In this document: positions 15,985 to 26,003 of the stretch, in pieces | Layout: the number at the start of each line of letters is the position of its first letter | How positions within the stretch are numbered: the stretch's first letter is position 1 | Virus record (IMG/VR): IMGVR_UViG_3300046796_000198 | Span: 1-30,322 of that record | DNA: 30,322 nucleotides | Direction: 5' to 3' (one strand) | Source of the DNA: a virus | Taxonomy: Duplodnaviria; Caudoviricetes | Made by a program: the position numbers and the translations under genes | Notes under the pieces: generated by a model | What the model was told of the DNA's origin: nothing | Seen by the model: only the letters and a program-made list of their open reading frames with translations | Database searches by the model: none

Positions 15985-17765
15985 TGCCCAGCGTAGCCCA
16001 GCAACAAGTCGATACCAAGTCCTACATCGCCTATCGCGGTTTCACCACCATGAACACGCAGTCGGCTAGAGAGGCTCTGGCGGTCAATGAATTGTCTTGG
16101 TGCGAGAACATGCAGATTGTCGGCCCCAACCAGTTGGTGGTCTGCAACGGCCCTGCTCCATCAATATTCAACATCGCGGGAACCACATTTGACTCTCTGT
16201 TCTTCGCCAATTTCACCAACCCAAATACGCTGGTCAACGCCGACCACATCATAGCGTTCGGCGCTGACGGCTCCGGCTGGGACTTCAACCTCACAGCCAA
16301 CACGTCCGTAAAGTTTGCTCTGGCCGGGACCTTCTCGCTTGTCCCCGATTGCACAACCTGGTCGTCTCAGCGCGTTCTGATAGCCGATGCGACGGCAGGC
16401 TACTGCACCTGGGATGGAAATGTCTTCGTCCAATCTGGCGGGGCGTCCCCCCACATTGTTGTCACGGCAGGAGGAGGCTCCTTTGGAGCGGCACCCGGGG
16501 TTACTCTCTCGGCTGGTTCTGGCGGTGGGGCGGTGGCCGCGACTGCCCATTCCGTCATTACCGGGGGCGTGGTCACTGCCGTTGTCCTGGATACCGCAGG
16601 GACGGGATACTTGGCCGGGGACACGATTACGGTTACGTTTTCGCCAGCCACAGGTGCGCCAGCGGCCACAGCGATTGTCTGGCCCCACTTTTCCCTCACT
16701 GCGACCACCCTGGCAATCTTCGCGGGAAGAGTCTGGATCGGTGGCGGACGGGTTTTGACATGGACAGGAACGAAAGGTTTTGACGATGCCGCGACAGCCG
16801 ACGCCGCCGGATCGACCACCATCACGGATGCCGATCTCGTACACTCGATCACTGCATTACGGAGTCTCAATAACTTCCTGTACATATTCGGCGATAATTC
16901 CATCAAGCAGATTGGAACAGTTACAGTTTCCGGCTCCACCACGATATTTAATATCGTCACCCTATCGTCTGACCAGGGAACATCTTTTCCCCGGGGCATT
17001 GCATCCTATAATCGTCTGATTCTGTTTGCCAACAAGGTTGGGGTCTACGCCGTCCTCGGGGCTTCGGTCGAGAAGGTGTCTGATCCCATGGACGGAATAT
17101 TTGCCTTGATGGATTTTAGCCAACCGCTACAGGCCGCCGTGCAAGACCTTCACACATCTCTCCATACATTCCTACTGCTGGCTAGATACAAAGACCCAGT
17201 GAAGGGAATCACCCGGTCAATCATGTTGTCTTTCTACAAGAACAAGTGGTTCCTAGCTAGTCAAGGAGACGCTATCACCTCCATTGTCACGTGTCCTATC
17301 AACGGCATCATCGAAACCTTCTCGTCCTCGGGCAGCGACATTACCCAGATGTTCCAGGACCCAACGAAACCCGTTACTATTCTGGTGCAGACAGCATTAT
17401 CAGATAACGGCGCTCCTCATCAAGGCAAGAGGGCCATGCGATGCTCCGTATCGCTAAATTCAAATACATTATCCACCATGAACATGACTGTGGACACGGA
17501 GAATGGCAGTACTGCATTCCCGTTTCAGACCGGAGGCTTAGTTACTTGGGTCAATAATTTGAACCAAAAGGTGCAATTTCAGAACAACTCGCTGCAAGAC
17601 GTATTCTGGTTTTCAACTGGGTTTCTCTATCAAAGGAGCAAAGCGGCTGGAACCGGTGTTTACCTTGGGCTTACGCTTGAGGGATCGTTCTCTGGCCTAA
17701 TTATCAATGGAATGGTAATGGAGTATCAGGACGGCACCACCATGGCGTCGAGGACTGCGGCGTGA
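15984..17765 (+). CDS. Tail nozzle / tubular protein B (P22 gp10-like beta-propeller), with inserted beta module
   Basis: 593 aa, beta-rich (FAGRVWI, FLYIFGDNSI). Follows the adaptor with TAATG coupling at 15984. Confidence 0.65.
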   Translation: MPSVAQQQVDTKSYIAYRGFTTMNTQSAREALAVNELSWCENMQIVGPNQLVVCNGPAPSIFNIAGTTFDSLFFANFTNPNTLVNADHIIAFGADGSGWDFNLTANTSVKFALAGTFSLVPDCTTWSSQRVLIADATAGYCTWDGNVFVQSGGASPHIVVTAGGGSFGAAPGVTLSAGSGGGAVAATAHSVITGGVVTAVVLDTAGTGYLAGDTITVTFSPATGAPAATAIVWPHFSLTATTLAIFAGRVWIGGGRVLTWTGTKGFDDAATADAAGSTTITDADLVHSITALRSLNNFLYIFGDNSIKQIGTVTVSGSTTIFNIVTLSSDQGTSFPRGIASYNRLILFANKVGVYAVLGASVEKVSDPMDGIFALMDFSQPLQAAVQDLHTSLHTFLLLARYKDPVKGITRSIMLSFYKNKWFLASQGDAITSIVTCPINGIIETFSSSGSDITQMFQDPTKPVTILVQTALSDNGAPHQGKRAMRCSVSLNSNTLSTMNMTVDTENGSTAFPFQTGGLVTWVNNLNQKVQFQNNSLQDVFWFSTGFLYQRSKAAGTGVYLGLTLEGSFSGLIINGMVMEYQDGTTMASRTAA

Positions 17766-18112
17766 GTATATTTTTTCACGATATTTGCCTCCCCCACGAT
17801 GCCACCGGGTTCTCCATCTGGCTTCAGGAGCACTACCTGGAGCACGCTCAGTTCGTCCGCATATTCCAGTCTCAGACACCAGTTGTCTTTATTTCCGACT
17901 ACAATTTTGCCCTCTGGGACCCTGATCAAAAGGTCATATCGGCCTGGCTTGAGTCCCACGAGGCTACCCACCAGCAGCTACGCACATTCAGTGGGGTTGG
18001 CGGCATAAACCTGGCCGATGTGGACTTGACAAAGAGCGACCAGTGGTCCGATTGGATGGACACCCATGCTGACGAGCACTCGCTCATCCGAAGTGCCCTC
18101 GGGATAACTTGA
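17762..18112 (+). CDS. Hypothetical His/Trp-rich protein (116 aa)
   Basis: GTGA overlap and GAGGA RBS. Three similar W-x3-H-x3-H helices. Confidence 0.65.
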   Translation: MSIFFHDICLPHDATGFSIWLQEHYLEHAQFVRIFQSQTPVVFISDYNFALWDPDQKVISAWLESHEATHQQLRTFSGVGGINLADVDLTKSDQWSDWMDTHADEHSLIRSALGIT

Positions 18113-18122
18113 GGATTCTGCC

Positions 18123-20489
18123 ATGCGCAGACTGACCAAAGACTATTTTGACGAGTTCGAGTGGGGCTGGCAGCCGTCCTGGCTGTTTGCGAGCGGCGAT
18201 GATGATGGCGGTGGCGACGACGATGGCGGCGGCGATGATGACGGCGGGGGAGACGATGATGACGGCAGTACTGACGACAACACCGCCGGAGACGATGACA
18301 GCAATGCCGACGACAGCAATGCCGACGACAGCAATGCGCCCGACGATAGCAACGCGCCCGACGATAGCAACTCAGACCCAACCGGCGGCAATCAGTCCCC
18401 CGGCAATGACCGCTCTGATGGGCAGGGTACCGGCCCCGCAGATGCTGGCCCAGGAGGGCCAGCGTCCGATGCGACTGGCGGGACGCAAGGAACAACTGCC
18501 GAGGGCGGTGGTGGTCCGGCTGATTCTGGGCCAGGACTCGGGGCGAGCACAGGCTCAGAGTCGGGCCAGGTAACTCAGGACCCGGGCAGTGCTCGGGATA
18601 CTGGTCCAATTTCTGATAGCTCTCCCGGCTCTAATGCTCCAGCTCCCGACCCGACTGGTGGAAACCAGACCCCCGGTGCGGCCGAAAATGAAGGTACTCC
18701 CCCGGGGGCACCTCCAAGCGGTGACCGTGGAACTCAGGGCACAACCCAAACCGATCCCACTCAGAGCGCAGCAAGCCAAGCTGCGGACAATCAGAGTCCT
18801 TCCCTAGGGGGCACTTCTCCCGGGGCCATCAACGATGCCATGGGGGCAGCGCTGGACTCAGCCCCAGCGCCAACAGCAGCAGCGGCAGCATCTCCCATGG
18901 GAGGCTTGGCTGGTCTTGGAAGCCAACCTTCTGGCTTGGGCCAGGTGGCGTCCGCCAGCCCCGCTGCCGCCGCTTCGGCTCTAGGACTCGGCGGCGGGTT
19001 TTCGTCTCTATCAGGTCTTCTTTCCGGCCAGGGTGACAGCCCTATTGCTCAGGCCCTTGGAACGGCCAACGCCGCCCCCTCCAGTCCCGAACAGCAGAAT
19101 GTGGCCGGCGACCAGAACCCGGTCCCAGCCCAGACCGGGGATCAGGCAATTCTTGCAGCCCAGCAGGGTATGGCGAGGGCGCAGGCCGCCCAAGACACCA
19201 GCCCGCTGCCCAGCGATGCGCCGACCCCGGATCAGCCCGCTCCGGCTCCCGGCGGAATCGATCAAGGCCCCCCGCCCAATATGGCAAACGCCATGGGAAC
19301 ATCCGGTCCAACCATTGCCGAGGCTCAGGCGGCGCAGCAAGGGCTGGGTTTGGGAGGGATTCCGTCCAACATGGGGCCGCAGTTTGCGGGGAATGCTTTT
19401 GGCCCTGGGACAGACATCCTTGGGATTGAAGTAGATGGACAGCCAACCAGTCCTCCCGCTCCCGTAGGCGCTCAAGAACCTAGTTTTATGACAACCGAGG
19501 GCTTCAACGATGTAACAATCCCGCCTACGACGACATCATCGTTCAACCAGCAACTTCAAGCGGGGATGTTTCCAGACAGTAGCCCAACTGCCTTTAATAC
19601 CTACGGCCAACCTGGTGTTGGGGATCAACCGGCACCTATTCAAGACGCCAGCGGCTTACCTTCATGGGCCACCAACAATCAAACGACTTGGGGCACTCCT
19701 GTTCAGAATGCCGGAGCCCCCTCTTTGGACGCCGGAAATAACCTGCCATCGTTCGGAATTTCCAAATCAGACTCTCTGACCCCCGGTATAGACCCTGGCC
19801 AGACCGCTGATGTGCTTTTCAACCCCAATGCAGTCGGTGCTCAGTCTCAGTTTACTGGCAGCATTGCCGATCCCGTCGATCCACAGAACCAATTTGCCAG
19901 TGCCACGGGAGGAGTCCCCTCCCCCGCTCCCGCCCCCAACGTCAATATAGCCAGCGGAGGGTTCAACTCGATTGATGCGGCGGCCCCACCCGCATCAGCA
20001 CCGGATCCAGGTCCTAGTCCTGCCGCGCCAGCACCGGATCCAGGTCCTAGTCCTGGTACACCGCCAGACATTACAACTCCAGTTGGACCCGACATTGCCC
20101 CTAGCACCAACCCGGATGTGTCCGCTGCGTTGGACTCTCCAGGGGTCGGGAACCCTGCTGGAGCCGGAAACTCGCCATCCAACGCTGGAGAAGGTGGTGG
20201 TGCAGGTGGCGGTAATGGTGGAGGCGGCAACCTGCTGGCGTCCCAGCTTATCGAGCCGATACCAGGAAATACCCCGGCGGACGGGACAAGCCCGGCGGAC
20301 GGGACATCTCCTGCCGATGGATCATCCCCCGCGAATAACCCGTTCTTTCCCACCATCACTCTCGGGGACGAAGGATCGCCACTGGGCAACTTCAACCCGG
20401 AACTGGGCCTCTTTGCCCCTCGCGCTAGACCAGGAGGGGCGGCTCCTATAGACAATACCGCAGCGTTTGAAGCATTGAACAACGCATAA
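18123..20489 (+). CDS. Very acidic low-complexity protein, putative internal virion/ejection protein
   Basis: 788-aa ORF with GAGGA RBS. D/G/P/S/A-rich with about 10 K+R in total. Located after the nozzle gene. Confidence 0.65.
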   Translation: MRRLTKDYFDEFEWGWQPSWLFASGDDDGGGDDDGGGDDDGGGDDDDGSTDDNTAGDDDSNADDSNADDSNAPDDSNAPDDSNSDPTGGNQSPGNDRSDGQGTGPADAGPGGPASDATGGTQGTTAEGGGGPADSGPGLGASTGSESGQVTQDPGSARDTGPISDSSPGSNAPAPDPTGGNQTPGAAENEGTPPGAPPSGDRGTQGTTQTDPTQSAASQAADNQSPSLGGTSPGAINDAMGAALDSAPAPTAAAAASPMGGLAGLGSQPSGLGQVASASPAAAASALGLGGGFSSLSGLLSGQGDSPIAQALGTANAAPSSPEQQNVAGDQNPVPAQTGDQAILAAQQGMARAQAAQDTSPLPSDAPTPDQPAPAPGGIDQGPPPNMANAMGTSGPTIAEAQAAQQGLGLGGIPSNMGPQFAGNAFGPGTDILGIEVDGQPTSPPAPVGAQEPSFMTTEGFNDVTIPPTTTSSFNQQLQAGMFPDSSPTAFNTYGQPGVGDQPAPIQDASGLPSWATNNQTTWGTPVQNAGAPSLDAGNNLPSFGISKSDSLTPGIDPGQTADVLFNPNAVGAQSQFTGSIADPVDPQNQFASATGGVPSPAPAPNVNIASGGFNSIDAAAPPASAPDPGPSPAAPAPDPGPSPGTPPDITTPVGPDIAPSTNPDVSAALDSPGVGNPAGAGNSPSNAGEGGGAGGGNGGGGNLLASQLIEPIPGNTPADGTSPADGTSPADGSSPANNPFFPTITLGDEGSPLGNFNPELGLFAPRARPGGAAPIDNTAAFEALNNA
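18198..18374 (+). repeat. Coding tandem repeats (DDDGGG)n then (DDSNA/P)n
   Basis: Visible in both DNA and translation. Confidence 0.85.
19996..20055 (+). repeat. Perfect 27-nt direct repeat with a 33-nt period (APDPGPSP)
   Basis: CAGCACCGGATCCAGGTCCTAGTCCTG at 19996-20022 and 20029-20055. Confidence 0.9.
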
Positions 20490-20498
20490 GGTGCCGCC

Positions 20499-21941
20499 AT
20501 GGGCTTTTCGCTAGAGGACTGGATCAACCGTCAGATCAGCGGGATCGAGGCCCATCCGTTGCGATCCGGCCTTGAAGCGGCCGGCATTGGTGCTGCCGTG
20601 GCCCTGCCCTTCCTGGCCCCAGAGATTGGGGCGGGATTGGGGCTGGCCGATCTGGGTGCCGGCGCGGCTGACGTTGGACTTGGCGCAGCCGATGCTGGCC
20701 TCAGTGCTGCCGATGTGGCGGCCTTGAGCGAAGCGCCTAGCCTCGGAGCAGACATTGGGGCATTGGGGGCGGGCGCCGCTGATGTTGGGGCTCTAGGCGC
20801 GGGAGCAATCGATGTGGGTACCAGTGGAGCCGGTCTTGGTGCTGCCGACATTGCCGCTCTCAGCGAGGCGCCTGGACTAGGCGGGAGCCTGGGTACTGAG
20901 GTAGGTGGCGACGCCACCAATGCTCTGGCTTTAGCTCCTGACATCTCAACCGGTGCCACGCCCGCCACCAGCGCAGCCACATCCTTGGCGGCGGGGACTA
21001 CACCATCTGTGCCATCGGCAACGGCGGCTTTCACGGACCCGGCCACTGAACTAGCTGGCACGAATACCAACATCGACGCGGCCCTCGGTGTGCAGCCGGC
21101 GGAAACGGCCGTCAGCGATCAAAGCCTGCGGTCCTTGATTTCTCAAGCCAACTCCCTCCCGACCGATACGTATGCGAGCGCCGGCTCCGTTGCCGACCCG
21201 ACAGGTGGAATCGAGGCTCCGTCGCTGTCTGCGGATCCCGGAGTGGCGCCCCAGGCCGCCGCCGCAGCCGCCCCAGCCTCCTCCGGCCTGACGGCGGGGC
21301 TGGGGAACGCCCTGAACTCCCCGTGGACCAAGGCGGCGGAACTGGCGCTCCCATTGGGCTTCCTTGGTTCTACTTTGTACAAGGGGGCTCCGGGCATTCC
21401 GCCGCAGGCCCAGCAAGCCGTCAACAACGCCCAAGCCCAAGCCGCTCAGTTGTCCCCGCAGGCCACTCAGAACGTCCCGCTATTCAACCAAACGGCGGCC
21501 ACCGACTTGACCAACGCCACCAATAACCAGATCAGTCCAGCCCAGGCGGCCACGTTGGCTAAGTACGTTCAAGACCAGACCAACCAGCGATACCAGTTCT
21601 ACGCCAGCCACGGCGTTACCGATCCCAACAGCGACAGCCGGTTCCTGGGCGACGTTGCCCAGATCAAGCAGGATGCCCTAGCTCAACAGACGGCTATGAT
21701 CACCCAGCTTATCAATACGGCCTTCCAATCCGCTACGGCAGCAAACGCCGGCCTCGGGACAGCCGCCAACATCAACTCGGGCGCCAATAACGCCCTCTTG
21801 CAGGCCGCCCAACTACAGGCTCAGGGCGATCAGCAATATAACCAGGCCGTTGGCGATGCATTGAAGTCCTTTGGCCTATTGGCGGCGGTCAGCACCAACA
21901 GCGCCGCCAAGCCTTCTGCCGTTCAAAATGCGGTAACGTAA
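20499..21941 (+). CDS. Ala/Gly/Gln-rich putative DNA ejection (pilot) protein
   Basis: 480 aa. Hydrophobic glycine-zipper-like N-terminal repeats (LGAGAAD) and a Q/A/N-rich helical C-terminus. Confidence 0.6.
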   Translation: MGFSLEDWINRQISGIEAHPLRSGLEAAGIGAAVALPFLAPEIGAGLGLADLGAGAADVGLGAADAGLSAADVAALSEAPSLGADIGALGAGAADVGALGAGAIDVGTSGAGLGAADIAALSEAPGLGGSLGTEVGGDATNALALAPDISTGATPATSAATSLAAGTTPSVPSATAAFTDPATELAGTNTNIDAALGVQPAETAVSDQSLRSLISQANSLPTDTYASAGSVADPTGGIEAPSLSADPGVAPQAAAAAAPASSGLTAGLGNALNSPWTKAAELALPLGFLGSTLYKGAPGIPPQAQQAVNNAQAQAAQLSPQATQNVPLFNQTAATDLTNATNNQISPAQAATLAKYVQDQTNQRYQFYASHGVTDPNSDSRFLGDVAQIKQDALAQQTAMITQLINTAFQSATAANAGLGTAANINSGANNALLQAAQLQAQGDQQYNQAVGDALKSFGLLAAVSTNSAAKPSAVQNAVT

Positions 21942-21942
21942 C

Positions 21943-23523
21943 ATGACCGATGATCGCCAGCCCTTTGCCGACGAACTCAAGGATGATGCATACTTTGCTA
22001 CAGCGTTGAAGGATGATGCACACTTTGCTCCAGCGTCATTCCAATCGACGGCAATGGAGTTGAAGGATGACGACCGCTTAGCTCCTACCTCCTTTAACCC
22101 CCAACAGGCGCCTCCCGCGCAAGGGTTCCAGCCCCTCCACAGACTTGCAACCGGCAAAGAAGCGCCCAAGGATATGGGGGCTGGTGCCATACCTGGCGGC
22201 GGCGACTACACCTCTGACGATGTTCGCAAGGCCGTTGAAGGGGCGACCGCCGCCAACGATGTTCTGCAAAAGCAGAAACAGGCGGACATGGGGGGGCGCA
22301 TCAAGGACCTCCAGTCCACCATGGAGGACATGCGGAAGAACAAGCCTCCAGTCTTGGAGCGAAACAAGCCTCCTCCCAAGGCCGACTTCTCGGCAAGCAG
22401 CATGGCCTATATGCAGGTGGCCGCCCTGATGGGGGCGTTGGCCGGCGGCTTTTCACGCAAAGGCACCACCACTGCGCTGACGGCATTCTCGGGCATGATG
22501 AAGGGACTCCATGAGGGCAACGTAGAGTCCTTCAGCCAGATGCACCAAGAATGGAAGGAAGCAGAGCAGAACGTCAACGATGTAAATCAGGCGAAGCTGG
22601 ACGAGTACAATGCCGTCTGGAAGGACCAGCAGACCAACATCGCCCAGAAGATGGAGATGATGAAGCTGGTTGCCACCAAGTACGACGACCAGATCACGTA
22701 CAACACCGCCAAGATGCACGACTTCACCAAACTGGCCGAGTTTCAGCAGACGGAGCGTGACCACCACGAGGAGCGCTTGGAAAAGTCCGCAAAGATGATG
22801 AAGGATATGGAACTACTTGATGGGCGAATTAAAGCCCAGCACGAACAGGAGATGGCCAATTACGACGATGCCGCTGACCGATTTGTCAAGGGCGACAAGA
22901 GTGCTAGAGCACAAGCCATAGGAAGGGGTGGCGCTTCAGCATCAACAAACTGGAACGCTGCCGTGCAGCGCGCCATGCAAAGGAACGGCTTAAGCAATGA
23001 AGACATAATGTCTAACGCCGTGGCTTACGACGCCCGCAAGGTGGAGGCTTCAACTATTGCTCGACGTGGCGGCCAAATTGCCGTAGCAGCCGACGAGGTA
23101 GCAAGAATGTTGCCTCAGTTGCAGGCTCTATCGGCAGCCAGTCCTGGCAAGGGAAATTCTATATGGAGTGCGGCTGACAATAAATGGCAGGTAATCAAAG
23201 GCGATCAGAATTACACCAAGATGGTAGACGTGATGAATGCCATGATGACTTCCTATGGTTCTGTTCTAGCAAGAGGTGGGCAGGCAACGGATGCGACACG
23301 AGCCAAGGCGCATGAGACGCTGAACCCTAACATGCCGCAATCTGCACGGCAGGGTGCCTTTGAGGCAATCGCTCTAGACATCAATGCTGCTCGGCAGGCG
23401 GTTTTGGACGCTAAGGAGGAAGTCAGGACGGGAAAATTCGAGCCGGTCCAAGTGGCCCCAGCCGCTGGAAAACAGGCTCCACAACCTGATCAGGGTGGAT
23501 GGACGGTGAGGCCCATACAGTAA
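21943..23523 (+). CDS. Putative internal virion/ejection protein
   Basis: 526 aa, helical/coiled-coil with a central hydrophobic Gly-rich hairpin. Synteny. Confidence 0.6.
   Translation: MTDDRQPFADELKDDAYFATALKDDAHFAPASFQSTAMELKDDDRLAPTSFNPQQAPPAQGFQPLHRLATGKEAPKDMGAGAIPGGGDYTSDDVRKAVEGATAANDVLQKQKQADMGGRIKDLQSTMEDMRKNKPPVLERNKPPPKADFSASSMAYMQVAALMGALAGGFSRKGTTTALTAFSGMMKGLHEGNVESFSQMHQEWKEAEQNVNDVNQAKLDEYNAVWKDQQTNIAQKMEMMKLVATKYDDQITYNTAKMHDFTKLAEFQQTERDHHEERLEKSAKMMKDMELLDGRIKAQHEQEMANYDDAADRFVKGDKSARAQAIGRGGASASTNWNAAVQRAMQRNGLSNEDIMSNAVAYDARKVEASTIARRGGQIAVAADEVARMLPQLQALSAASPGKGNSIWSAADNKWQVIKGDQNYTKMVDVMNAMMTSYGSVLARGGQATDATRAKAHETLNPNMPQSARQGAFEAIALDINAARQAVLDAKEEVRTGKFEPVQVAPAAGKQAPQPDQGGWTVRPIQ
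21979..22036 (+). repeat. 30-nt-period tandem duplication (LKDDAxFA) plus a degenerate third copy near 22060
   Basis: AAGGATGATGCATACTTTGCTACAGCGT vs AAGGATGATGCACACTTTGCTCCAGCGT. Confidence 0.85.
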
Positions 23524-24992
23524 TGCCCAAGTTTGAAGTCACGGCACCGGACGGCACGAAACTGGAGGTGATTGGCCCCGAGGGCGCCACCCAGGAGCAG
23601 GCCATTGCCATGGCCCAGAAGCAGTACCAAGCCAAGGGCGATGCGCCGGGAGAGCCAAGTGGCATCAAGGAGCTTGGCAAGGGGCTGGCCAGGGGCGTGA
23701 CTGGAACACTCGGCTCTCTGGGCGAGGCCATCACCGGCAAGGGCCTCCGCGAAGGACTCCAAATACCAGAGAACCCAAAATTCACCCCGCACTACGCCGA
23801 TAGGATGAACAAGGCGCTAGGCCTTGAGCCGCAGGGGGACACATTGGCCGGTGACGTGGGTGAAGCAGTGGCTAATCCATTGAACCTTCTCGGCGCTGGT
23901 AGTGCTGCGCTCAAGATCGGCGGCGCGGCTATGGGCGGTGCCGGTTCACATTACGGCCGCAAGATTGCCGAGGAATTGGGCGCCCCGGAATGGGGGCAAA
24001 CTTTGGCGTCCGTGGCGGGCGGCGTTGCCGGCGGGGCTGGAACTGGAGCGGGTTCCAAGGCCATGAGAGAGGCGGCAGGGCGAAAGGCTCTCGCCAAAGC
24101 TCCCGACATCGAGGCCAGTGCTAAACAAGGCTATAAGGTCATCGAGAACGACCCAACCCTTATCCCTACTCATGAAACAGACGCACTCCATTCTACATTA
24201 GACACATGGTTGGACACCAATTCTCGTGACGACATAAATTCTCCCATGACGTATAAGTACATGGAGAGATATTTGAAGGATAGAACTCAACCGGCCCGGT
24301 ACAAGGATTTGATGAATCTTCATGCTAAGTTGGGAACCGTCCCGGCCGACGAGCGGATAGCCGGTCAACTAGCTCGCTCTGAAGTCGTGGATTTTATGAA
24401 ACAGCGCGACCCACAAATAAATAATACCCTAAAGGACGCCATCAACGATTGGAACGTCAAGTCCCAAGTAGAAGAACTTCAAAAGGTAACTGAGCAGGGC
24501 AAAAATCAAGCCGGTGTTACCGGGTGGGGCGGAAATACCCAGAACGCCGAATTGCAGGGGCTAAACAGGATACTCAAGAACGACAAGAGGCTGAGCAGGC
24601 TGCAACCCGGGGAACAGCAGGCCCTAGAGGATGTTGTCAAGGGAACATTTATGTCCCGGGGCTCCCGGTTTGTGGACAAGGCCGTCCCCCATGCCCTGTT
24701 GCCTCTGCTAGGCATGGCGAGTTTTCCAGTGGCAGTTGGATTGGCGACGGCCAAGACCGCCTTCCGCGAGCTGGGTAAACACCTAACAGATCAGCAAATC
24801 AAAAATCTGATAGCTAAGGTTCAGGAGAGAGCCACAATTAACCAGCAGCAGGCCGCGAAGAACGCAGCCACTAGGGTGGACGCCAAGAAGTCGCTGCGGG
24901 ACCAGACCCTGCGAAGTGGGGCAGTTGGTGGTCAGCAGGCCCTCGATCATCAGGGGGAAGGCTACGACACCCTCAACGCGGCTCAGCCATGA
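23523..24992 (+). CDS. Putative internal virion/DNA transfer protein (489 aa)
   Basis: ATG 23523 via TAATG. N-terminal MPKFEVTAPDG...GPEGAT motif of the kind seen in podophage internal proteins. Glycine-zipper segments. Confidence 0.6.
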   Translation: MPKFEVTAPDGTKLEVIGPEGATQEQAIAMAQKQYQAKGDAPGEPSGIKELGKGLARGVTGTLGSLGEAITGKGLREGLQIPENPKFTPHYADRMNKALGLEPQGDTLAGDVGEAVANPLNLLGAGSAALKIGGAAMGGAGSHYGRKIAEELGAPEWGQTLASVAGGVAGGAGTGAGSKAMREAAGRKALAKAPDIEASAKQGYKVIENDPTLIPTHETDALHSTLDTWLDTNSRDDINSPMTYKYMERYLKDRTQPARYKDLMNLHAKLGTVPADERIAGQLARSEVVDFMKQRDPQINNTLKDAINDWNVKSQVEELQKVTEQGKNQAGVTGWGGNTQNAELQGLNRILKNDKRLSRLQPGEQQALEDVVKGTFMSRGSRFVDKAVPHALLPLLGMASFPVAVGLATAKTAFRELGKHLTDQQIKNLIAKVQERATINQQQAAKNAATRVDAKKSLRDQTLRSGAVGGQQALDHQGEGYDTLNAAQP

Positions 24993-25174
24993 CGGCAAGG
25001 CAGAAGAGTCTGATCGACGTGCTGGAGATTGAGGTGAGAAGGGCGCTCCGTGGCAAGGAGTTGTCCAACTCGGAGCGGCTGAAAGCAATCGAGGTGGGGG
25101 CCAAGATACTGGCGATCCGCCACAAGATAGACGAAGGAATAGGAGGAGCTAGTGGCGCTTTCTTTGCCAAATGA
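24989..25174 (+). CDS. Hypothetical protein (61 aa)
   Basis: ATGA overlap. Helical. Confidence 0.6.
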   Translation: MTARQKSLIDVLEIEVRRALRGKELSNSERLKAIEVGAKILAIRHKIDEGIGGASGAFFAK

Positions 25175-25538
25175 ACTACCCGAGGGCGTGGAGCAGGCGG
25201 ATTTGTATGATGGTCCCAAGCCTGTCGAGAACGTGGTGGCCATGCCGCCTCCGCCTCCCAGGCCAGAGCCAATTCCTGTCCCGGAGCCCCAAGTTCGTTC
25301 GTCGCCTATCGCCCAAATCAAAAAAGAGTATCCTGCCGTCCTAATTGCGGCCCTCGATGTGCTATCGGCTCGGCTGCTGGGTCTGATAGCCGTTGTGGCC
25401 GCCTGCGGCATATGGAGTTTTGCGGTGTGGGACCCAACTCAGGTGCGGACCATCGCGGCGGCCCTATTCTCGGTGACGGTTCTAGGTCCAATCGTTGCCC
25501 TATACTGGCGAGCCGGTATAACCGGCAACGGAGGCTGA
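25152..25538 (+). CDS. Membrane protein with two C-terminal TM helices and a Pro-rich N-terminus
   Basis: AGGAGGAG RBS before GTG. Hydrophobic LLGLIAVVAACGIWSFAVW and IAAALFSVTVLGPIVALYW. Confidence 0.65.
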   Translation: MALSLPNELPEGVEQADLYDGPKPVENVVAMPPPPPRPEPIPVPEPQVRSSPIAQIKKEYPAVLIAALDVLSARLLGLIAVVAACGIWSFAVWDPTQVRTIAAALFSVTVLGPIVALYWRAGITGNGG

Positions 25539-25539
25539 A

Positions 25540-25965
25540 ATGCATCGTGCTCTTGAGAACGTAATAGCTGCGACTGCCTTCGGGGTCGTTGCAGGCTTGA
25601 TTATCCTTGCTGTTAACCAAGGACCAACCATGGTGAAGGCTCAGGGTACTCAGCTTGGCCCCGCAGGCACCACCGTTGCTCTGAACGGCGGCACCCCAGT
25701 GCAGATCGTTGGCCAGAACCCCACCCGCAAGGGCCTCGTGTTCTGCAACCCGACTGCGGTGGTCGAGTTTGTGGCCCCCGCCGGCACCATCGTTCTCTCC
25801 ACCTCTGCGGTGGGTATTGGCCTCCCCGCCATCGCCTCGGGCGTCACCTCCTGCTTCACCGTCCCCGGCTCGGGCCTCGGCAACGTCATTGGCAATCTCG
25901 GTTCCGCCTGGAACGGGTCCTCGGCCTCGGCCACTCCCAACATCACAGTGTTGGAATACTACTAA
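25540..25965 (+). CDS. Small beta-sandwich protein with an N-terminal TM/signal segment
   Basis: GGAGG RBS. VIAATAFGVVAGLIILAV...VKA-Q followed by a beta-rich body. Confidence 0.65.
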   Translation: MHRALENVIAATAFGVVAGLIILAVNQGPTMVKAQGTQLGPAGTTVALNGGTPVQIVGQNPTRKGLVFCNPTAVVEFVAPAGTIVLSTSAVGIGLPAIASGVTSCFTVPGSGLGNVIGNLGSAWNGSSASATPNITVLEYY

Positions 25966-26003
25966 TAGCTAGGAGGCGAGGCTGGCGAGGCAGGAGATAT
26001 TAA

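Noticed and set aside
25971-25997. Short GGCGAGGC-T-GGCGAGGC run resembling a fourth array
   Set aside because: Only four GGC units with spacing 5, 4, 5, so the phase is broken. It is too short and abuts an RBS.
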